A stretch of 64,000 nucleotides of DNA from Escherichia coli (GTDB lineage: Bacteria > Pseudomonadota > Gammaproteobacteria > Enterobacterales > Enterobacteriaceae): the NCBI RefSeq assembly GCF_030384885.1, contig NZ_CP128613.1. One strand, written 5' to 3'. Positions 11,467 to 22,916 of this stretch are shown here, piece by piece (positions within the stretch are counted from its first letter, which is position 1; each line of letters starts with the position of its first letter). Position numbers and translations under genes: made by a program. The notes under the pieces are model-generated. The model ran no database searches and was not told the DNA's origin. It was given only the letters and a program-made list of their open reading frames with translations.

Positions 11467-12911
11467 TGCAGGAAATCTATCGTTTTATCGACGATGCGAT
11501 TGAAGCCGATCGCCAACGTTATACCGATATTGCTGATCAAATCTGGGATCATCCAGAAACACGTTTTGAAGAGTTCTGGTCAGCGGAACATCTGGCTTCG
11601 GCGCTGGAATCTGCAGGCTTCACCGTGACTCGCAACGTAGGCAATATCCCAAATGCCTTTATTGCTTCGTTTGGTCAAGACAAACCGGTTATCGCCTTGC
11701 TGGGGGAATATGACGCCCTGGCAGGTTTAAGTCAGCAAGCAGGTTGCGCGCAGCCTACATCCACGACGCCCGGTGAAAATGGTCACGGTTGCGGACACAA
11801 TTTGCTGGGAACCGCCGCTTTTGCCGCAGCAATAGCCGTCAAGAAATGGCTGGAACAATATGGGCAAGGCGGCACGGTGCGCTTTTATGGTTGTCCTGGC
11901 GAAGAAGGCGGCTCGGGAAAAACGTTCATGGTCCGCGAGGGGTTATTTGATGATGTGGATGCGGCACTCACCTGGCACCCGGAAGCCTTTGCCGGTATGT
12001 TCAATACCCGCACGCTGGCAAATATTCAAGCATCATGGCGCTTTAAAGGGATCGCAGCACATGCTGCAAATTCCCCTCATTTGGGACGCAGCGCCCTTGA
12101 TGCCGTAACGTTGATGACCACTGGCACCAACTTCCTCAACGAACATATTATTGAAAAAGCGCGCGTACACTATGCCATCACAGATAGCGGCGGGATCTCG
12201 CCCAACGTGGTCCAGGCGCAGGCAGAAGTGCTTTATCTTATCCGCGCCCCCGAAATGACCGATGTGCAGCATATTTATGATCGGGTCGCCAAAATCGCCG
12301 AAGGTGCGGCATTGATGACCGAAACCACGGTTGAATGCCGCTTTGACAAAGCCTGTTCCAGTTATCTCCCGAATCGCACCTTAGAAAATGCCATGTACCA
12401 GGCCCTATCCCATTTTGGTACTCCGGAATGGAACTGCGAAGAACTGGCTTTTGCGAAACAAATTCAGGCTACGCTCACCCCCAACGATCGGCAAAACAGT
12501 CTGAATAATATCGCCGCAACCGGTGGCGAAAACGGCAAGGCTTTTGCACTACGTCATCGTGAAACGGTACTGGCGAATGAAGTCGCTCCATATGCCGCCA
12601 CCGATAACGTGCTTGCGGCATCAACTGATGTCGGCGACGTCAGTTGGAAACTGCCTGTTGCCCAGTGTTTCAGCCCCTGTTTCGCCGTCGGTACACCGCT
12701 ACATACGTGGCAACTGGTTAGCCAGGGGCGAACGTCTATTGCTCATAAAGGAATGCTGCTGGCGGCGAAAACTATAGCAGCAACCACACTTAATCTCTTC
12801 ATTGATTCAGGGCTATTGCAAGAATGCCAACAAGAGCATCAGCAAGTTACGGACACGCAACCGTATCACTGCCCTATTCCGAAAAACGTGACACCGTCAC
12901 CTTTAAAATAA
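11466..12911 (+). CDS. abgB: p-aminobenzoyl-glutamate hydrolase subunit B (M20 family)
   Basis: 481 aa; start overlaps the abgA stop (atctgATG), indicating translational coupling. Confidence 0.9.
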   Translation: MQEIYRFIDDAIEADRQRYTDIADQIWDHPETRFEEFWSAEHLASALESAGFTVTRNVGNIPNAFIASFGQDKPVIALLGEYDALAGLSQQAGCAQPTSTTPGENGHGCGHNLLGTAAFAAAIAVKKWLEQYGQGGTVRFYGCPGEEGGSGKTFMVREGLFDDVDAALTWHPEAFAGMFNTRTLANIQASWRFKGIAAHAANSPHLGRSALDAVTLMTTGTNFLNEHIIEKARVHYAITDSGGISPNVVQAQAEVLYLIRAPEMTDVQHIYDRVAKIAEGAALMTETTVECRFDKACSSYLPNRTLENAMYQALSHFGTPEWNCEELAFAKQIQATLTPNDRQNSLNNIAATGGENGKAFALRHRETVLANEVAPYAATDNVLAASTDVGDVSWKLPVAQCFSPCFAVGTPLHTWQLVSQGRTSIAHKGMLLAAKTIAATTLNLFIDSGLLQECQQEHQQVTDTQPYHCPIPKNVTPSPLK

Positions 12912-12941
12912 CAACAACAACGCAAACACAACAATCGAGGA

Positions 12942-14474
12942 ATGCCCATGAGTATGTCATCCATACCGTCGTCCTCCCAATCCGGGAAGCTCTATGGCTG
13001 GGTCGAAAGAATTGGTAACAAGGTTCCCCATCCTTTTTTGCTCTTTATCTATTTGATTATCGTACTCATGGTGACGACGGCAATTTTGTCGGCCTTTGGC
13101 GTCAGTGCGAAAAACCCGACCGATGGTACACCAGTGGTCGTGAAAAACCTGCTCAGTGTGGAAGGATTACACTGGTTTTTACCCAATGTGATTAAAAACT
13201 TTAGCGGTTTTGCCCCACTAGGCGCGATCCTGGCGCTGGTTTTAGGTGCTGGTCTGGCGGAACGCGTCGGCTTACTGCCAGCGCTAATGGTTAAAATGGC
13301 ATCGCATGTTAATGCCCGCTATGCCAGTTATATGGTGTTGTTTATTGCTTTTTTTAGCCATATATCATCCGATGCGGCGTTAGTTATCATGCCACCGATG
13401 GGCGCATTGATTTTTCTGGCGGTGGGCAGGCATCCAGTGGCAGGTTTACTGGCCGCCATTGCAGGCGTCGGTTGCGGCTTTACGGCTAATTTACTGATTG
13501 TCACAACCGACGTGTTGCTGTCGGGGATCAGCACGGAGGCTGCGGCTGCGTTCAATCCGCAAATGCACGTCAGTGTAATTGATAACTGGTATTTTATGGC
13601 CAGCTCCGTAGTCGTACTGACGTTTGTTGGCGGCCTGATAACCGACAAAATCATTGAGCCACGGTTAGGTCAATGGCAGGGAAACAGCGATGAGAAACTG
13701 CAGACATTGACCGAAAGTCAGCGTTTTGGTTTACGCATATCAGGTGTCGTATCGCTACTTTTTATTGCCGCAATTGCGCTGATGGTGATCCCGGAAAATG
13801 GGATATTGCGCGATCCGATTAATCACACCGTGATGCCATCCCCCTTTATTAAAGGTATCGTGCCACTGATCATTCTCTTTTTCTTTGTGGTTTCGCTGGC
13901 TTATGGCATCGCTACCCGCACAATTCGACGTCAGGCGGATTTACCGCATTTAATGATTGAACCGATGAAAGAGATGGCGGGATTTATCGTGATGGTTTTT
14001 CCCCTGGCCCAGTTTGTCGCCATGTTTAACTGGAGCAACATGGGGAAATTCATCGCTGTGGGGCTGACCGATATACTCGAAAGTTCAGGGCTTAGCGGCA
14101 TCCCGGCGTTTGTCGGTCTGGCGTTGCTTTCCTCTTTCTTATGCATGTTTATCGCCAGCGGTTCCGCAATCTGGTCGATTCTGGCCCCCATTTTTGTACC
14201 AATGTTTATGCTACTTGGCTTTCACCCGGCATTTGCGCAAATCCTCTTTCGTATTGCCGACTCATCCGTATTGCCTTTAGCACCGGTATCTCCTTTTGTT
14301 CCACTGTTTCTTGGATTCCTGCAACGCTACAAACCAGACGCGAAACTGGGTACTTACTATTCGTTAGTTTTGCCCTATCCACTTATCTTTTTGGTGGTAT
14401 GGCTGCTGATGTTGCTGGCGTGGTATCTTGTCGGTCTGCCGATAGGTCCGGGGATTTACCCTCGTTTGTCTTAA
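12942..14474 (+). CDS. abgT: p-aminobenzoyl-glutamate transporter AbgT
   Basis: About 508 aa polytopic membrane protein; exact start (12942 or 12948) is uncertain. Confidence 0.9.
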   Translation: MPMSMSSIPSSSQSGKLYGWVERIGNKVPHPFLLFIYLIIVLMVTTAILSAFGVSAKNPTDGTPVVVKNLLSVEGLHWFLPNVIKNFSGFAPLGAILALVLGAGLAERVGLLPALMVKMASHVNARYASYMVLFIAFFSHISSDAALVIMPPMGALIFLAVGRHPVAGLLAAIAGVGCGFTANLLIVTTDVLLSGISTEAAAAFNPQMHVSVIDNWYFMASSVVVLTFVGGLITDKIIEPRLGQWQGNSDEKLQTLTESQRFGLRISGVVSLLFIAAIALMVIPENGILRDPINHTVMPSPFIKGIVPLIILFFFVVSLAYGIATRTIRRQADLPHLMIEPMKEMAGFIVMVFPLAQFVAMFNWSNMGKFIAVGLTDILESSGLSGIPAFVGLALLSSFLCMFIASGSAIWSILAPIFVPMFMLLGFHPAFAQILFRIADSSVLPLAPVSPFVPLFLGFLQRYKPDAKLGTYYSLVLPYPLIFLVVWLLMLLAWYLVGLPIGPGIYPRLS

Positions 14475-14484
14475 GAGAGAACGG

Positions 14485-15000
14485 ATGCTGAGATTACTTG
14501 AAGAAAAAATTGCCACGCCACTAGGTCCACTGTGGGTGATTTGCGATGAGCAATTTCACTTGCGGGCGGTTGAATGGGAAGAGTACAGCGAACGCATGGT
14601 GCAGCTGCTGGACATCCATTACCGCAAAGAAGGCTATGAACGCATTTCTGCCACAAACCCAGGTGGTTTAAGCGACAAGCTTCGTGAATATTTTGCCGGT
14701 AATCTTAGCATTATTGATACGCTTCCCACTGCCACGGGGGGGACGCCATTTCAGCGCGAAGTCTGGAAAACATTACGCACAATCCCCTGCGGGCAGGTAA
14801 TGCATTACGGCCAACTGGCTAAACAATTGGGCCGCCCCGGCGCGGCGCGTGCCGTAGGTGCGGCAAATGGATCGAATCCCATCAGCATTGTTGTGCCTTG
14901 TCATCGGGTCATTGGCAGAAACGGTACCATGACCGGATATGCAGGCGGAGTTCAGCGAAAAGAGTGGTTATTACGCCACGAAGGTTATCTTTTGCTGTAA
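14485..15000 (+). CDS. ogt: methylated-DNA--protein-cysteine methyltransferase Ogt
   Basis: 171 aa; active-site PCHRV motif (VVPCHRVIG). Confidence 0.92.
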   Translation: MLRLLEEKIATPLGPLWVICDEQFHLRAVEWEEYSERMVQLLDIHYRKEGYERISATNPGGLSDKLREYFAGNLSIIDTLPTATGGTPFQREVWKTLRTIPCGQVMHYGQLAKQLGRPGAARAVGAANGSNPISIVVPCHRVIGRNGTMTGYAGGVQRKEWLLRHEGYLLL

Positions 15001-15161
15001 ACCTTATACAATTTGTGCCAGCTTGTTCACACTTTTATGTAAAGTTACCCTTAACAACTTAAGGGTTTTCAAATAGATAGACATATATTTACATCTAATA
15101 TCGGAATTCTCTGCTGTTAAGGTTTGCTTAGACTTACTTGCTCCCTAAAAAGATGTTAAAA

Positions 15162-15175
15162 TTGACAAATATCAA
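15162..15175 (+). promoter_or_regulatory. FNR box in the fnr promoter (autoregulation site)
   Basis: ttgacaaatatcaa is a near-perfect TTGAT-N4-ATCAA FNR site about 20 bp upstream of the fnr start codon. Confidence 0.7.
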
Positions 15176-15194
15176 TTACGGCTTGAGCAGACCT

Positions 15195-15947
15195 ATGATC
15201 CCGGAAAAGCGAATTATACGGCGCATTCAGTCTGGCGGTTGTGCTATCCATTGCCAGGATTGCAGCATCAGCCAGCTTTGCATCCCGTTCACACTCAACG
15301 AACATGAGCTTGATCAGCTTGATAATATCATTGAGCGAAAGAAGCCTATTCAGAAAGGCCAGACGCTGTTTAAGGCTGGTGATGAACTTAAATCGCTTTA
15401 TGCCATCCGCTCCGGTACGATTAAAAGTTATACCATCACTGAGCAAGGCGACGAGCAAATCACTGGTTTCCATTTAGCAGGCGACCTGGTGGGATTTGAT
15501 GCCATCGGCAGTGGTCATCACCCAAGCTTCGCGCAGGCGCTGGAAACCTCGATGGTATGTGAAATCCCGTTCGAAACGCTGGACGATTTGTCCGGTAAAA
15601 TGCCGAATCTGCGTCAGCAGATGATGCGTCTGATGAGCGGTGAAATCAAAGGCGATCAGGACATGATCCTGCTGTTGTCGAAGAAAAATGCCGAGGAGCG
15701 TCTGGCTGCATTCATCTACAACCTGTCCCGTCGTTTTGCCCAACGCGGCTTCTCCCCTCGTGAATTCCGCCTGACGATGACTCGTGGCGATATCGGTAAC
15801 TATCTGGGCCTGACGGTAGAAACCATCAGCCGTCTGCTGGGTCGCTTCCAGAAAAGCGGTATGCTGGCAGTCAAAGGTAAATACATCACCATCGAAAATA
15901 ACGATGCGCTGGCCCAGCTTGCTGGTCACACGCGTAACGTTGCCTGA
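15195..15947 (+). CDS. fnr: fumarate/nitrate reduction regulator FNR (CRP/FNR family)
   Basis: 250 aa from the ATG at 15195 ([29 protein letters not shown]); N-terminal Cys cluster and C-terminal HTH. Confidence 0.95.
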
Positions 15948-16098
15948 TTTTTCCGCATCACTCACTATCCTTCTGTCATATCATTAAATTTTTCTGATTT
16001 ATTGATCTGGCAGAAGGTTCATCACTGTTTCATTCACCAGATATGGGTTAATCTTTTAATTACAAACTGCGTTGACAGTTGTTGTAAGGAGACCCTGT

Positions 16099-17049
16099 AT
16101 GGCTATGTATCAGAACATGCTCGTTGTTATCGATCCTAACCAGGACGACCAACCAGCATTGCGGCGAGCTGTTTATTTACATCAACGGATTGGTGGCAAA
16201 ATTAAAGCCTTTTTGCCGATCTATGACTTCTCATACGAAATGACCACCCTGCTCTCCCCGGACGAACGTACCGCTATGCGTCAGGGCGTCATCAGCCAGC
16301 GAACAGCCTGGATCCACGAGCAGGCAAAATATTATCTCAATGCTGGCGTTCCCATTGAAATTAAAGTGGTCTGGCATAACCGTCCATTCGAAGCCATCAT
16401 TCAGGAAGTGATCAGCGGCGGACACGATTTGGTGCTAAAAATGGCGCACCAACATGACCGTCTGGAAGCGGTGATTTTTACGCCAACGGACTGGCATCTG
16501 TTACGCAAATGCCCAAGCCCGGTGTGGATGGTGAAAGACCAGCCGTGGCCGGAAGGGGGTAAGGCGCTGGTGGCGGTGAATCTCGCCAGTGAAGAGCCGT
16601 ACCATAATGCGCTCAATGAAAAACTGGTTAAAGAGACGATCGAACTGGCGGAACAAGTTAATCATACCGAAGTTCATCTGGTTGGCGCTTATCCGGTAAC
16701 GCCAATTAATATCGCGATTGAACTGCCGGAATTTGATCCGAGCGTTTATAACGATGCCATTCGTGGGCAACATTTGCTGGCTATGAAAGCCCTGCGGCAG
16801 AAATTCGGTATTAATGAAAACATGACACACGTTGAAAAAGGTCTACCAGAAGAGGTGATTCCTGATTTGGCGGAGCACTTACAGGCGGGGATTGTGGTTC
16901 TGGGAACGGTCGGACGCACCGGTATTTCAGCAGCATTCCTCGGCAACACGGCGGAACAGGTGATTGATCATCTTCGCTGCGACCTGCTGGTCATTAAACC
17001 TGACCAGTATCAGACCCCCGTTGAACTGGATGACGAAGAAGACGATTAA
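16099..17049 (+). CDS. uspE: universal stress protein E (tandem Usp domains)
   Basis: 316 aa from the ATG at 16099 ([14 protein letters not shown]); two Usp domains. Confidence 0.9.
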   Translation: MAMYQNMLVVIDPNQDDQPALRRAVYLHQRIGGKIKAFLPIYDFSYEMTTLLSPDERTAMRQGVISQRTAWIHEQAKYYLNAGVPIEIKVVWHNRPFEAIIQEVISGGHDLVLKMAHQHDRLEAVIFTPTDWHLLRKCPSPVWMVKDQPWPEGGKALVAVNLASEEPYHNALNEKLVKETIELAEQVNHTEVHLVGAYPVTPINIAIELPEFDPSVYNDAIRGQHLLAMKALRQKFGINENMTHVEKGLPEEVIPDLAEHLQAGIVVLGTVGRTGISAAFLGNTAEQVIDHLRCDLLVIKPDQYQTPVELDDEEDD

Positions 17050-17098
17050 CGACTCTTCAATAACTGACAAGGCCCGAGTTAACGGGCCTATTTTTTAC

Positions 17099-17356
17099 TT
17101 ACTGCTCTTCGCCGCCAAGGAAATAAATTCCCAACGGGATTGCCAGCAACACAGTAAAGACCAGGCTATAAACAAAAATCATTGATGACTGAATCACATA
17201 CATTGATGTCGTCCACTCAGACAGCGGAATATTGTACTGTTCTATCACGCCGCCGATGGTCGCGCGAGTCACAACCGACGCCGCAATAATGAAAACCGCC
17301 AACAAACCAAAGAGAAATTTCTTCCCTTTCGCTGACTTCAGTTTCGCCATAATCAT
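17099..17356 (-). CDS. ynaJ: small inner-membrane protein YnaJ
   Basis: 85 aa, two predicted TM helices; position between uspE and ynaI. Confidence 0.75.
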   Translation of the reverse strand: MIMAKLKSAKGKKFLFGLLAVFIIAASVVTRATIGGVIEQYNIPLSEWTTSMYVIQSSMIFVYSLVFTVLLAIPLGIYFLGGEEQ

Positions 17357-17599
17357 GATGTAATCCTTGTGCAGACAAATTTCTTGTTACCTAACAGTAA
17401 CAATACCATGACATTTCACCGTTGTCTGCTCTGAAAACCTCACCTCTTAGCTGGATTTACAATCAACGCATTGATTAGTTAGCTAATGTTGCTACTTCCT
17501 TCCCTGACTATTGATGATCTGAATGAATTGTCGCGGTAAAATAGCCCCGCCAGGGGTTTCCGGCATGACGACAATTATCTGGAGGAGCCTGATAAAACA

Positions 17600-18631
17600 A
17601 TGATCGCTGAACTGTTTACAAATAATGCGCTTAATCTGGTCATTATTTTCGGTAGCTGCGCAGCATTGATTCTGATGAGCTTTTGGTTTCGCCGCGGAAA
17701 TCGTAAAAGAAAAGGATTTTTATTCCATGCGGTGCAATTTTTAATCTACACCATAATTATCAGTGCTGTTGGTAGCATCATTAATTATGTTATAGAAAAC
17801 TACAAACTCCAATTTATCACTCCAGGCGTTATCGATTTTATCTGTACGTCCCTGATTGCGGTTATTCTGACGATTAAGTTATTTCTGCTGATTAATCAGT
17901 TTGAAAAACAGCAGATTAAAAAAGGTCGCGATATCACCAGTGCGCGGATTATGTCGCGTATCATCAAAATCACCATTATTGTGGTACTTGTTTTGCTTTA
18001 TGGCGAACATTTCGGTATGAGCCTTTCTGGCTTGTTGACCTTTGGTGGTATTGGTGGTCTGGCTGTCGGTATGGCCGGTAAAGATATTTTGAGTAACTTC
18101 TTTTCCGGGATTATGCTCTATTTCGACCGTCCTTTTAGTATTGGCGACTGGATCCGTTCACCGGACAGAAATATCGAAGGTACAGTAGCGGAAATTGGCT
18201 GGCGAATTACCAAAATTACGACCTTTGATAATCGTCCGTTATACGTCCCGAACTCGCTGTTTTCGTCTATCAGCGTAGAAAACCCGGGGCGAATGACCAA
18301 CCGACGTATTACCACGACAATCGGTTTACGTTATGAGGATGCGGCAAAAGTGGGAGCCATTGTCGAAGCCGTACGTGAGATGCTTAAAAATCACCCAGCC
18401 ATCGACCAGCGACAAACCTTACTGGTTTATTTCAACCAGTTTGCTGACTCGTCATTGAATATTATGGTTTATTGCTTTACCAAAACCACAGTATGGGCTG
18501 AATGGCTTGCCGCCCAGCAGGATGTTTATTTGAAGATTATCGATATTGTACAGTCACACGGCGCGGATTTCGCGTTCCCAAGCCAGACGCTGTATATGGA
18601 TAACATTACACCACCAGACCAGGGTCGTTAA
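17600..18631 (+). CDS. ynaI: MscS-family mechanosensitive channel YnaI
   Basis: 343 aa; N-terminal TM helices followed by an MscS-like beta domain. Confidence 0.88.
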   Translation: MIAELFTNNALNLVIIFGSCAALILMSFWFRRGNRKRKGFLFHAVQFLIYTIIISAVGSIINYVIENYKLQFITPGVIDFICTSLIAVILTIKLFLLINQFEKQQIKKGRDITSARIMSRIIKITIIVVLVLLYGEHFGMSLSGLLTFGGIGGLAVGMAGKDILSNFFSGIMLYFDRPFSIGDWIRSPDRNIEGTVAEIGWRITKITTFDNRPLYVPNSLFSSISVENPGRMTNRRITTTIGLRYEDAAKVGAIVEAVREMLKNHPAIDQRQTLLVYFNQFADSSLNIMVYCFTKTTVWAEWLAAQQDVYLKIIDIVQSHGADFAFPSQTLYMDNITPPDQGR

Positions 18632-18676
18632 TTCAGACATCACTGGCGTTACCCACAAGGGTAACGCCAGTTCACA

Positions 18677-20290
18677 TCAATGTTTCACAATATACATAGT
18701 CCGGCTATACGCCACATCTTCCGGGTTATTAATGGGATAACCTTTCAGCCACGGCTTGATTAATCGTCCATTGGTATATTGATAAATTGGTGCAATCGGT
18801 GCTTGCTCCATGAGGATTTTTTCTGCCGCGTTGTAATCGGCATTACGCGCTTTAACGGTATTTTCCGTCGATGCCTGGGCCAAAACTTTGTCGTAGGCCG
18901 GGTTGTTAAAACGTGAAATGTTCCCTGAATGCGTTGACGTTAATAATGTCAGGAAGGTGGAGGGTTCATTATAATCCCCCACCCACGAGGCGCGGATAAC
19001 ATCAAAATTACCTGTATTACGACTATCGATATAGGTTTTCCATTCCTGATTTTGCAGTTTGACATCTACACCAAGGTTCTTTTTCCACATCGATGCCACA
19101 GCAATCGCAATTTTTTGATGGTTTTCTGAAGTATTATACAAAAGCGTCAGCTTCAGCGGTTTTTGCGGACCATAACCGGCTGCGCTCAACAAAGTTTTTG
19201 CCTGCGCATTCAGTTCTTCCTGACTCATTTGTTCAAACGGCGAAGGCTCCGGCGTGAATCCGGCAGTAACATCTGGCGTAAAATGCCACGCTGGTTTTTC
19301 GCCCGTCCCCAACACTTTTTCGGTCATCAGGCGGCGATCTATCGTCATACTTAATGCCAGACGAACGCGCTGATCTGCCGCCGGCCCTTTTTGCGTGTTA
19401 AACGCATAATAATAGGTCCCGAGCTGCGGCGGTGTATAAACCTGCCCCGGAATATCCTTCAACAGCTTCTGATACATATTTTTGGGGAAGGATTCGGTGA
19501 TATCAATATCCCCCGCGAGATAACGCTTAGTGGCTGCGGATTCCTGATTAATTGGCAGGAAGGTCACTTTTTGCAACACCGTTTTGGCGTTATCCCAATA
19601 ATGAGTATTTGGCACCACGACCAGTTTTTCATTGACTACACGCTCTTTAAGAACATAAGCGCCATTGCCGACCAGATTTCCGGGTTTCGTCCACTCTTTC
19701 CCGCTTTCTACGTTAGCTTTTTGCACCGGGAAGAAGGCAAAATTGGCTGTTAAATTCACAAACCACGGCAACGGTTTATCAAGCTGGATTTTCAAAGTAC
19801 GGGCATCAACCGCGGTGACGCCTAGCTGATCAGGCGTAGCTTTACCATCAATAATCGCCTGTGCGTTGTTGATTCCCGCCAGCGCGGCAAACCAGGCAAA
19901 CGGCGACAACGTTTTTGGGTCAACCAGACGTTGCCAGCTGTAGACAAAATCCTGTGCCGTTACCGGTGTGCCATCCGCCCATTTTGCGTTATCGCGCAGG
20001 GTGAAAGTCCAGATACGGTTGTCATTACTTTTCCACTGAGTCGCAACGCCGGGGACAATCTCCCCTTTCTCGTTCTGATTCACCAGTCCTTCAAAAAGAT
20101 CGCGAATGACCTGAATCTCTGGCAGACCCACGGCTTTAGCGGGATCCAGCGACGCAGGCTCATCTTTAATATGGCGCACCAGCTCCTGCTTCTCTGCCAG
20201 TACTGTGCCGCTCGGAACTTCTGCAGCATACGAAAGAGAAATGCTGCTGACCAACAGCGCACAACACGTGACTGAAACAGAGTGCTTCAT
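18677..20290 (-). CDS. mppA: periplasmic murein tripeptide-binding protein MppA
   Basis: 537 aa; signal peptide then an OppA-like family 5 solute-binding protein. Confidence 0.9.
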   Translation of the reverse strand: MKHSVSVTCCALLVSSISLSYAAEVPSGTVLAEKQELVRHIKDEPASLDPAKAVGLPEIQVIRDLFEGLVNQNEKGEIVPGVATQWKSNDNRIWTFTLRDNAKWADGTPVTAQDFVYSWQRLVDPKTLSPFAWFAALAGINNAQAIIDGKATPDQLGVTAVDARTLKIQLDKPLPWFVNLTANFAFFPVQKANVESGKEWTKPGNLVGNGAYVLKERVVNEKLVVVPNTHYWDNAKTVLQKVTFLPINQESAATKRYLAGDIDITESFPKNMYQKLLKDIPGQVYTPPQLGTYYYAFNTQKGPAADQRVRLALSMTIDRRLMTEKVLGTGEKPAWHFTPDVTAGFTPEPSPFEQMSQEELNAQAKTLLSAAGYGPQKPLKLTLLYNTSENHQKIAIAVASMWKKNLGVDVKLQNQEWKTYIDSRNTGNFDVIRASWVGDYNEPSTFLTLLTSTHSGNISRFNNPAYDKVLAQASTENTVKARNADYNAAEKILMEQAPIAPIYQYTNGRLIKPWLKGYPINNPEDVAYSRTMYIVKH

Positions 20291-20472
20291 AAGTTACCCT
20301 CAAACCTGCGTTAATAATCATGCGTAATTATTTGTTTCGCCTTAAAGAAATGCAAACAACTTCCGGCAAAAAAGTGATACAAGATCGATAACATAGCGTT
20401 GAAGAAAAGGATTTGATAATCCGCAAAATTTGCACAACACTGCCTGTAATACTTCCTGAACCAGAGACGATC

Positions 20473-21201
20473 ATGACCGTAACTCGCCCACGCGCCGAAC
20501 GCGGCGCATTTCCGCCCGGTACAGAACATTACGGACGTTCATTATTGGGCGCGCCTTTGATCTGGTTTCCGGCCCCAGCCGCCAGTCACGAAAGTGGTTT
20601 GATTCTGGCTGGCACCCACGGTGATGAAAACTCTTCGGTCGTGACCCTCTCCTGTGCTCTGCGGACATTGACACCGTCTTTGCGCCGCCATCATGTGGTG
20701 CTGTGTGTGAATCCTGACGGCTGCCAGTTAGGGTTACGGGCCAATGCTAATGGCGTGGATTTAAATAGAAACTTTCCGGCAGCAAACTGGAAGGAAGGTG
20801 AAACGGTTTATCGCTGGAACAGCGCCGCTGAAGAACGTGATGTCGTTTTACTGACAGGTGACAAACCTGGCTCCGAACCTGAAACTCAGGCGCTGTGCCA
20901 GCTTATACATCGCATTCAACCTGCCTGGGTGGTCTCATTCCACGATCCACTGGCCTGTATTGAAGACCCCAGACACAGCGAATTAGGTGAATGGCTGGCC
21001 CAGGCGTTTGAATTGCCACTGGTCACCAGCGTCGGTTATGAAACGCCTGGCTCTTTCGGCAGTTGGTGTGCGGATCTCAACCTGCATTGCATCACCGCAG
21101 AGTTTCCGCCCATCTCCTCCGACGAAGCCAGCGAAAAATACCTCTTTGCGATGGCTAACTTGCTGCGCTGGCATCCTAAAGATGCAATGCGCCCGTCGTG
21201 A
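20473..21201 (+). CDS. mpaA: murein peptide amidase A (M14 zinc carboxypeptidase-like)
   Basis: 242 aa from the ATG at 20473 (MTVTRPRAERGAF); HGDE zinc-binding motif. Confidence 0.88.
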   Translation: MTVTRPRAERGAFPPGTEHYGRSLLGAPLIWFPAPAASHESGLILAGTHGDENSSVVTLSCALRTLTPSLRRHHVVLCVNPDGCQLGLRANANGVDLNRNFPAANWKEGETVYRWNSAAEERDVVLLTGDKPGSEPETQALCQLIHRIQPAWVVSFHDPLACIEDPRHSELGEWLAQAFELPLVTSVGYETPGSFGSWCADLNLHCITAEFPPISSDEASEKYLFAMANLLRWHPKDAMRPS

Positions 21202-22141
21202 ATTGAAGCGCCGGTTCCACATCTACCGCCAGCCAGGTCGGTCCGTCAAGATCAGCAAAACTGACCTGCGGCACCAGCGGTAAAGCGGCGTTAATGGCAC
21301 GAGAGGTACACAACATGCAGCCCAGCATCAGACTGAAACCTTGTGCACGTGCTTCAGTCGCCAGCGCCAGCGCTTCCGTCAGGCCACCCGTTTTATCGAG
21401 CTTAATGTTAACCATCTCATAGCGCCCTTTCAGCGCCTTCAGATTGCTACGAGTATGACAACTTTCATCTGCACAAATCGGTAACGGATGAATAAAATTC
21501 TCCAACGCCGCATCGTCCTGCGCAGGAAGCGGTTGTTCAAGCATCGCAACGCCTAAATCCGCCAATAGCTGGCAACGCGCCGCCAACCCTTCTGCACGCC
21601 AGGATTCATTTGCATCAACGATTAGCGTCGCATCGGGTACAGCCGTGCGAATTGCTACCATCCGCTCACTGATAAGATGGTTATCCAGCTTCACTTTCAG
21701 TAATTTCGCGCCTGCCTGCCAGAGTGTTGATGCACTATTGGCCATCTGATCAGGCGTACCGATGACTACCGTCTGGGCAGTGGTGACTGTCTCGGGAAGC
21801 GTTATGCCGATCAAATCAGCCAGCGATTGCTGCTGTTTTCGCGCCGCCAGATCCCACAATGCACAATCCAGCGCATTACGTGCTGCGCCGGCAGGGAGAA
21901 TTTTTTGCAACTCCTCCCGTGTAAGCCCTTTCTCTAATTGCGGCACGACGCTCATAATTTGCGCCATTACCGAGGCATCACTTTCTCCATAACGCGGATA
22001 CGGCGTGCATTCACCGGTGCCTTTAATACCTTCTTCTTCCAGTTCAACCACCACCACGCGCGCTTCACTACGACTTCCCCGAGCAATCACAAACGGGGTA
22101 TGTAAGGGCCAGGCTTCCTCAAATACCTTAACGGTTCTCAT
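21176..22141 (-). CDS. ycjG: L-Ala-D/L-Glu epimerase (enolase superfamily)
   Basis: 321 aa from the ATG at 22141 (MRTVKVFEEAWPLHTPF); 3' end overlaps the mpaA 3' end by 26 bp. Confidence 0.88.
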   Translation of the reverse strand: MRTVKVFEEAWPLHTPFVIARGSRSEARVVVVELEEEGIKGTGECTPYPRYGESDASVMAQIMSVVPQLEKGLTREELQKILPAGAARNALDCALWDLAARKQQQSLADLIGITLPETVTTAQTVVIGTPDQMANSASTLWQAGAKLLKVKLDNHLISERMVAIRTAVPDATLIVDANESWRAEGLAARCQLLADLGVAMLEQPLPAQDDAALENFIHPLPICADESCHTRSNLKALKGRYEMVNIKLDKTGGLTEALALATEARAQGFSLMLGCMLCTSRAINAALPLVPQVSFADLDGPTWLAVDVEPALQFTTGALHL

Positions 22142-22259
22142 CTTTACTCCTTGTTGTCGCGGTGGTCTGCGGATTAAGCGCAAATAGCGTTTGCTGTGTT
22201 ATTGACAGTTAGCATAAACTAGGTGTGACGTTAACTATATGTAAACAGGAAAGATAATC

Positions 22260-22763
22260 ATGTCACAAACCGTTCATTTCCAGGGCAACCCGGTTACAGT
22301 CGCCAATTCCATCCCGCAGGCGGGTAGCAAAGCGCAGACTTTTACTCTCGTGGCAAAAGATCTGTCTGACGTCACCCTCGGTCAGTTTGCGGGTAAACGC
22401 AAAGTGCTGAACATTTTCCCGAGTATTGATACCGGTGTTTGCGCCGCATCAGTACGTAAGTTTAACCAACTGGCAACCGAGATCGACAACACCGTTGTGC
22501 TGTGTATCTCTGCCGATCTGCCGTTCGCCCAGTCTCGTTTCTGCGGCGCAGAAGGTCTGAACAACGTTATCACCCTCTCCACTTTCCGTAACGCTGAATT
22601 CCTGCAAGCCTACGGTGTGGCAATTGCTGATGGCCCACTGAAAGGTCTGGCAGCGCGTGCCGTTGTGGTTATCGATGAAAATGACAATGTGATTTTCAGC
22701 CAGCTGGTTGATGAAATCACCACCGAGCCGGATTACGAAGCAGCTCTGGCTGTACTGCGCTAA
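22260..22763 (+). CDS. tpx: thiol peroxidase Tpx
   Basis: 167 aa; peroxidatic Cys motif (TGVCA) and atypical 2-Cys Prx fold. Confidence 0.93.
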   Translation: MSQTVHFQGNPVTVANSIPQAGSKAQTFTLVAKDLSDVTLGQFAGKRKVLNIFPSIDTGVCAASVRKFNQLATEIDNTVVLCISADLPFAQSRFCGAEGLNNVITLSTFRNAEFLQAYGVAIADGPLKGLAARAVVVIDENDNVIFSQLVDEITTEPDYEAALAVLR

Positions 22764-22772
22764 ACAACTGTG

Positions 22773-22810
22773 CCGTTCACTGAATCACCACCGGTGAACG
22801 GCAGTTTTTG
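22773..22810 (+). terminator. Rho-independent terminator downstream of tpx
   Basis: Hairpin ccgttcac...gtgaacgg followed by cagtttttg. Confidence 0.65.
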
Positions 22811-22916
22811 ATCTACCAGTCCCATTATTTTCCAGAGTTCCTGCCACTATTCCCCCTAACCGTTGTGCATTAAGATTGCTCTTTGCCATTATTGGCCCAG
22901 CGGAGTGATGACTATT

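Noticed and set aside
22863-22916. TTG at 22863 as the start of the unrecognised ORF (table entry MCIKIALCHYW...)
   Set aside because: It is a non-ATG start with no obvious RBS; the ATG at 22917 has ggag at appropriate spacing, so the first ~18 codons are probably not translated (uncertain)
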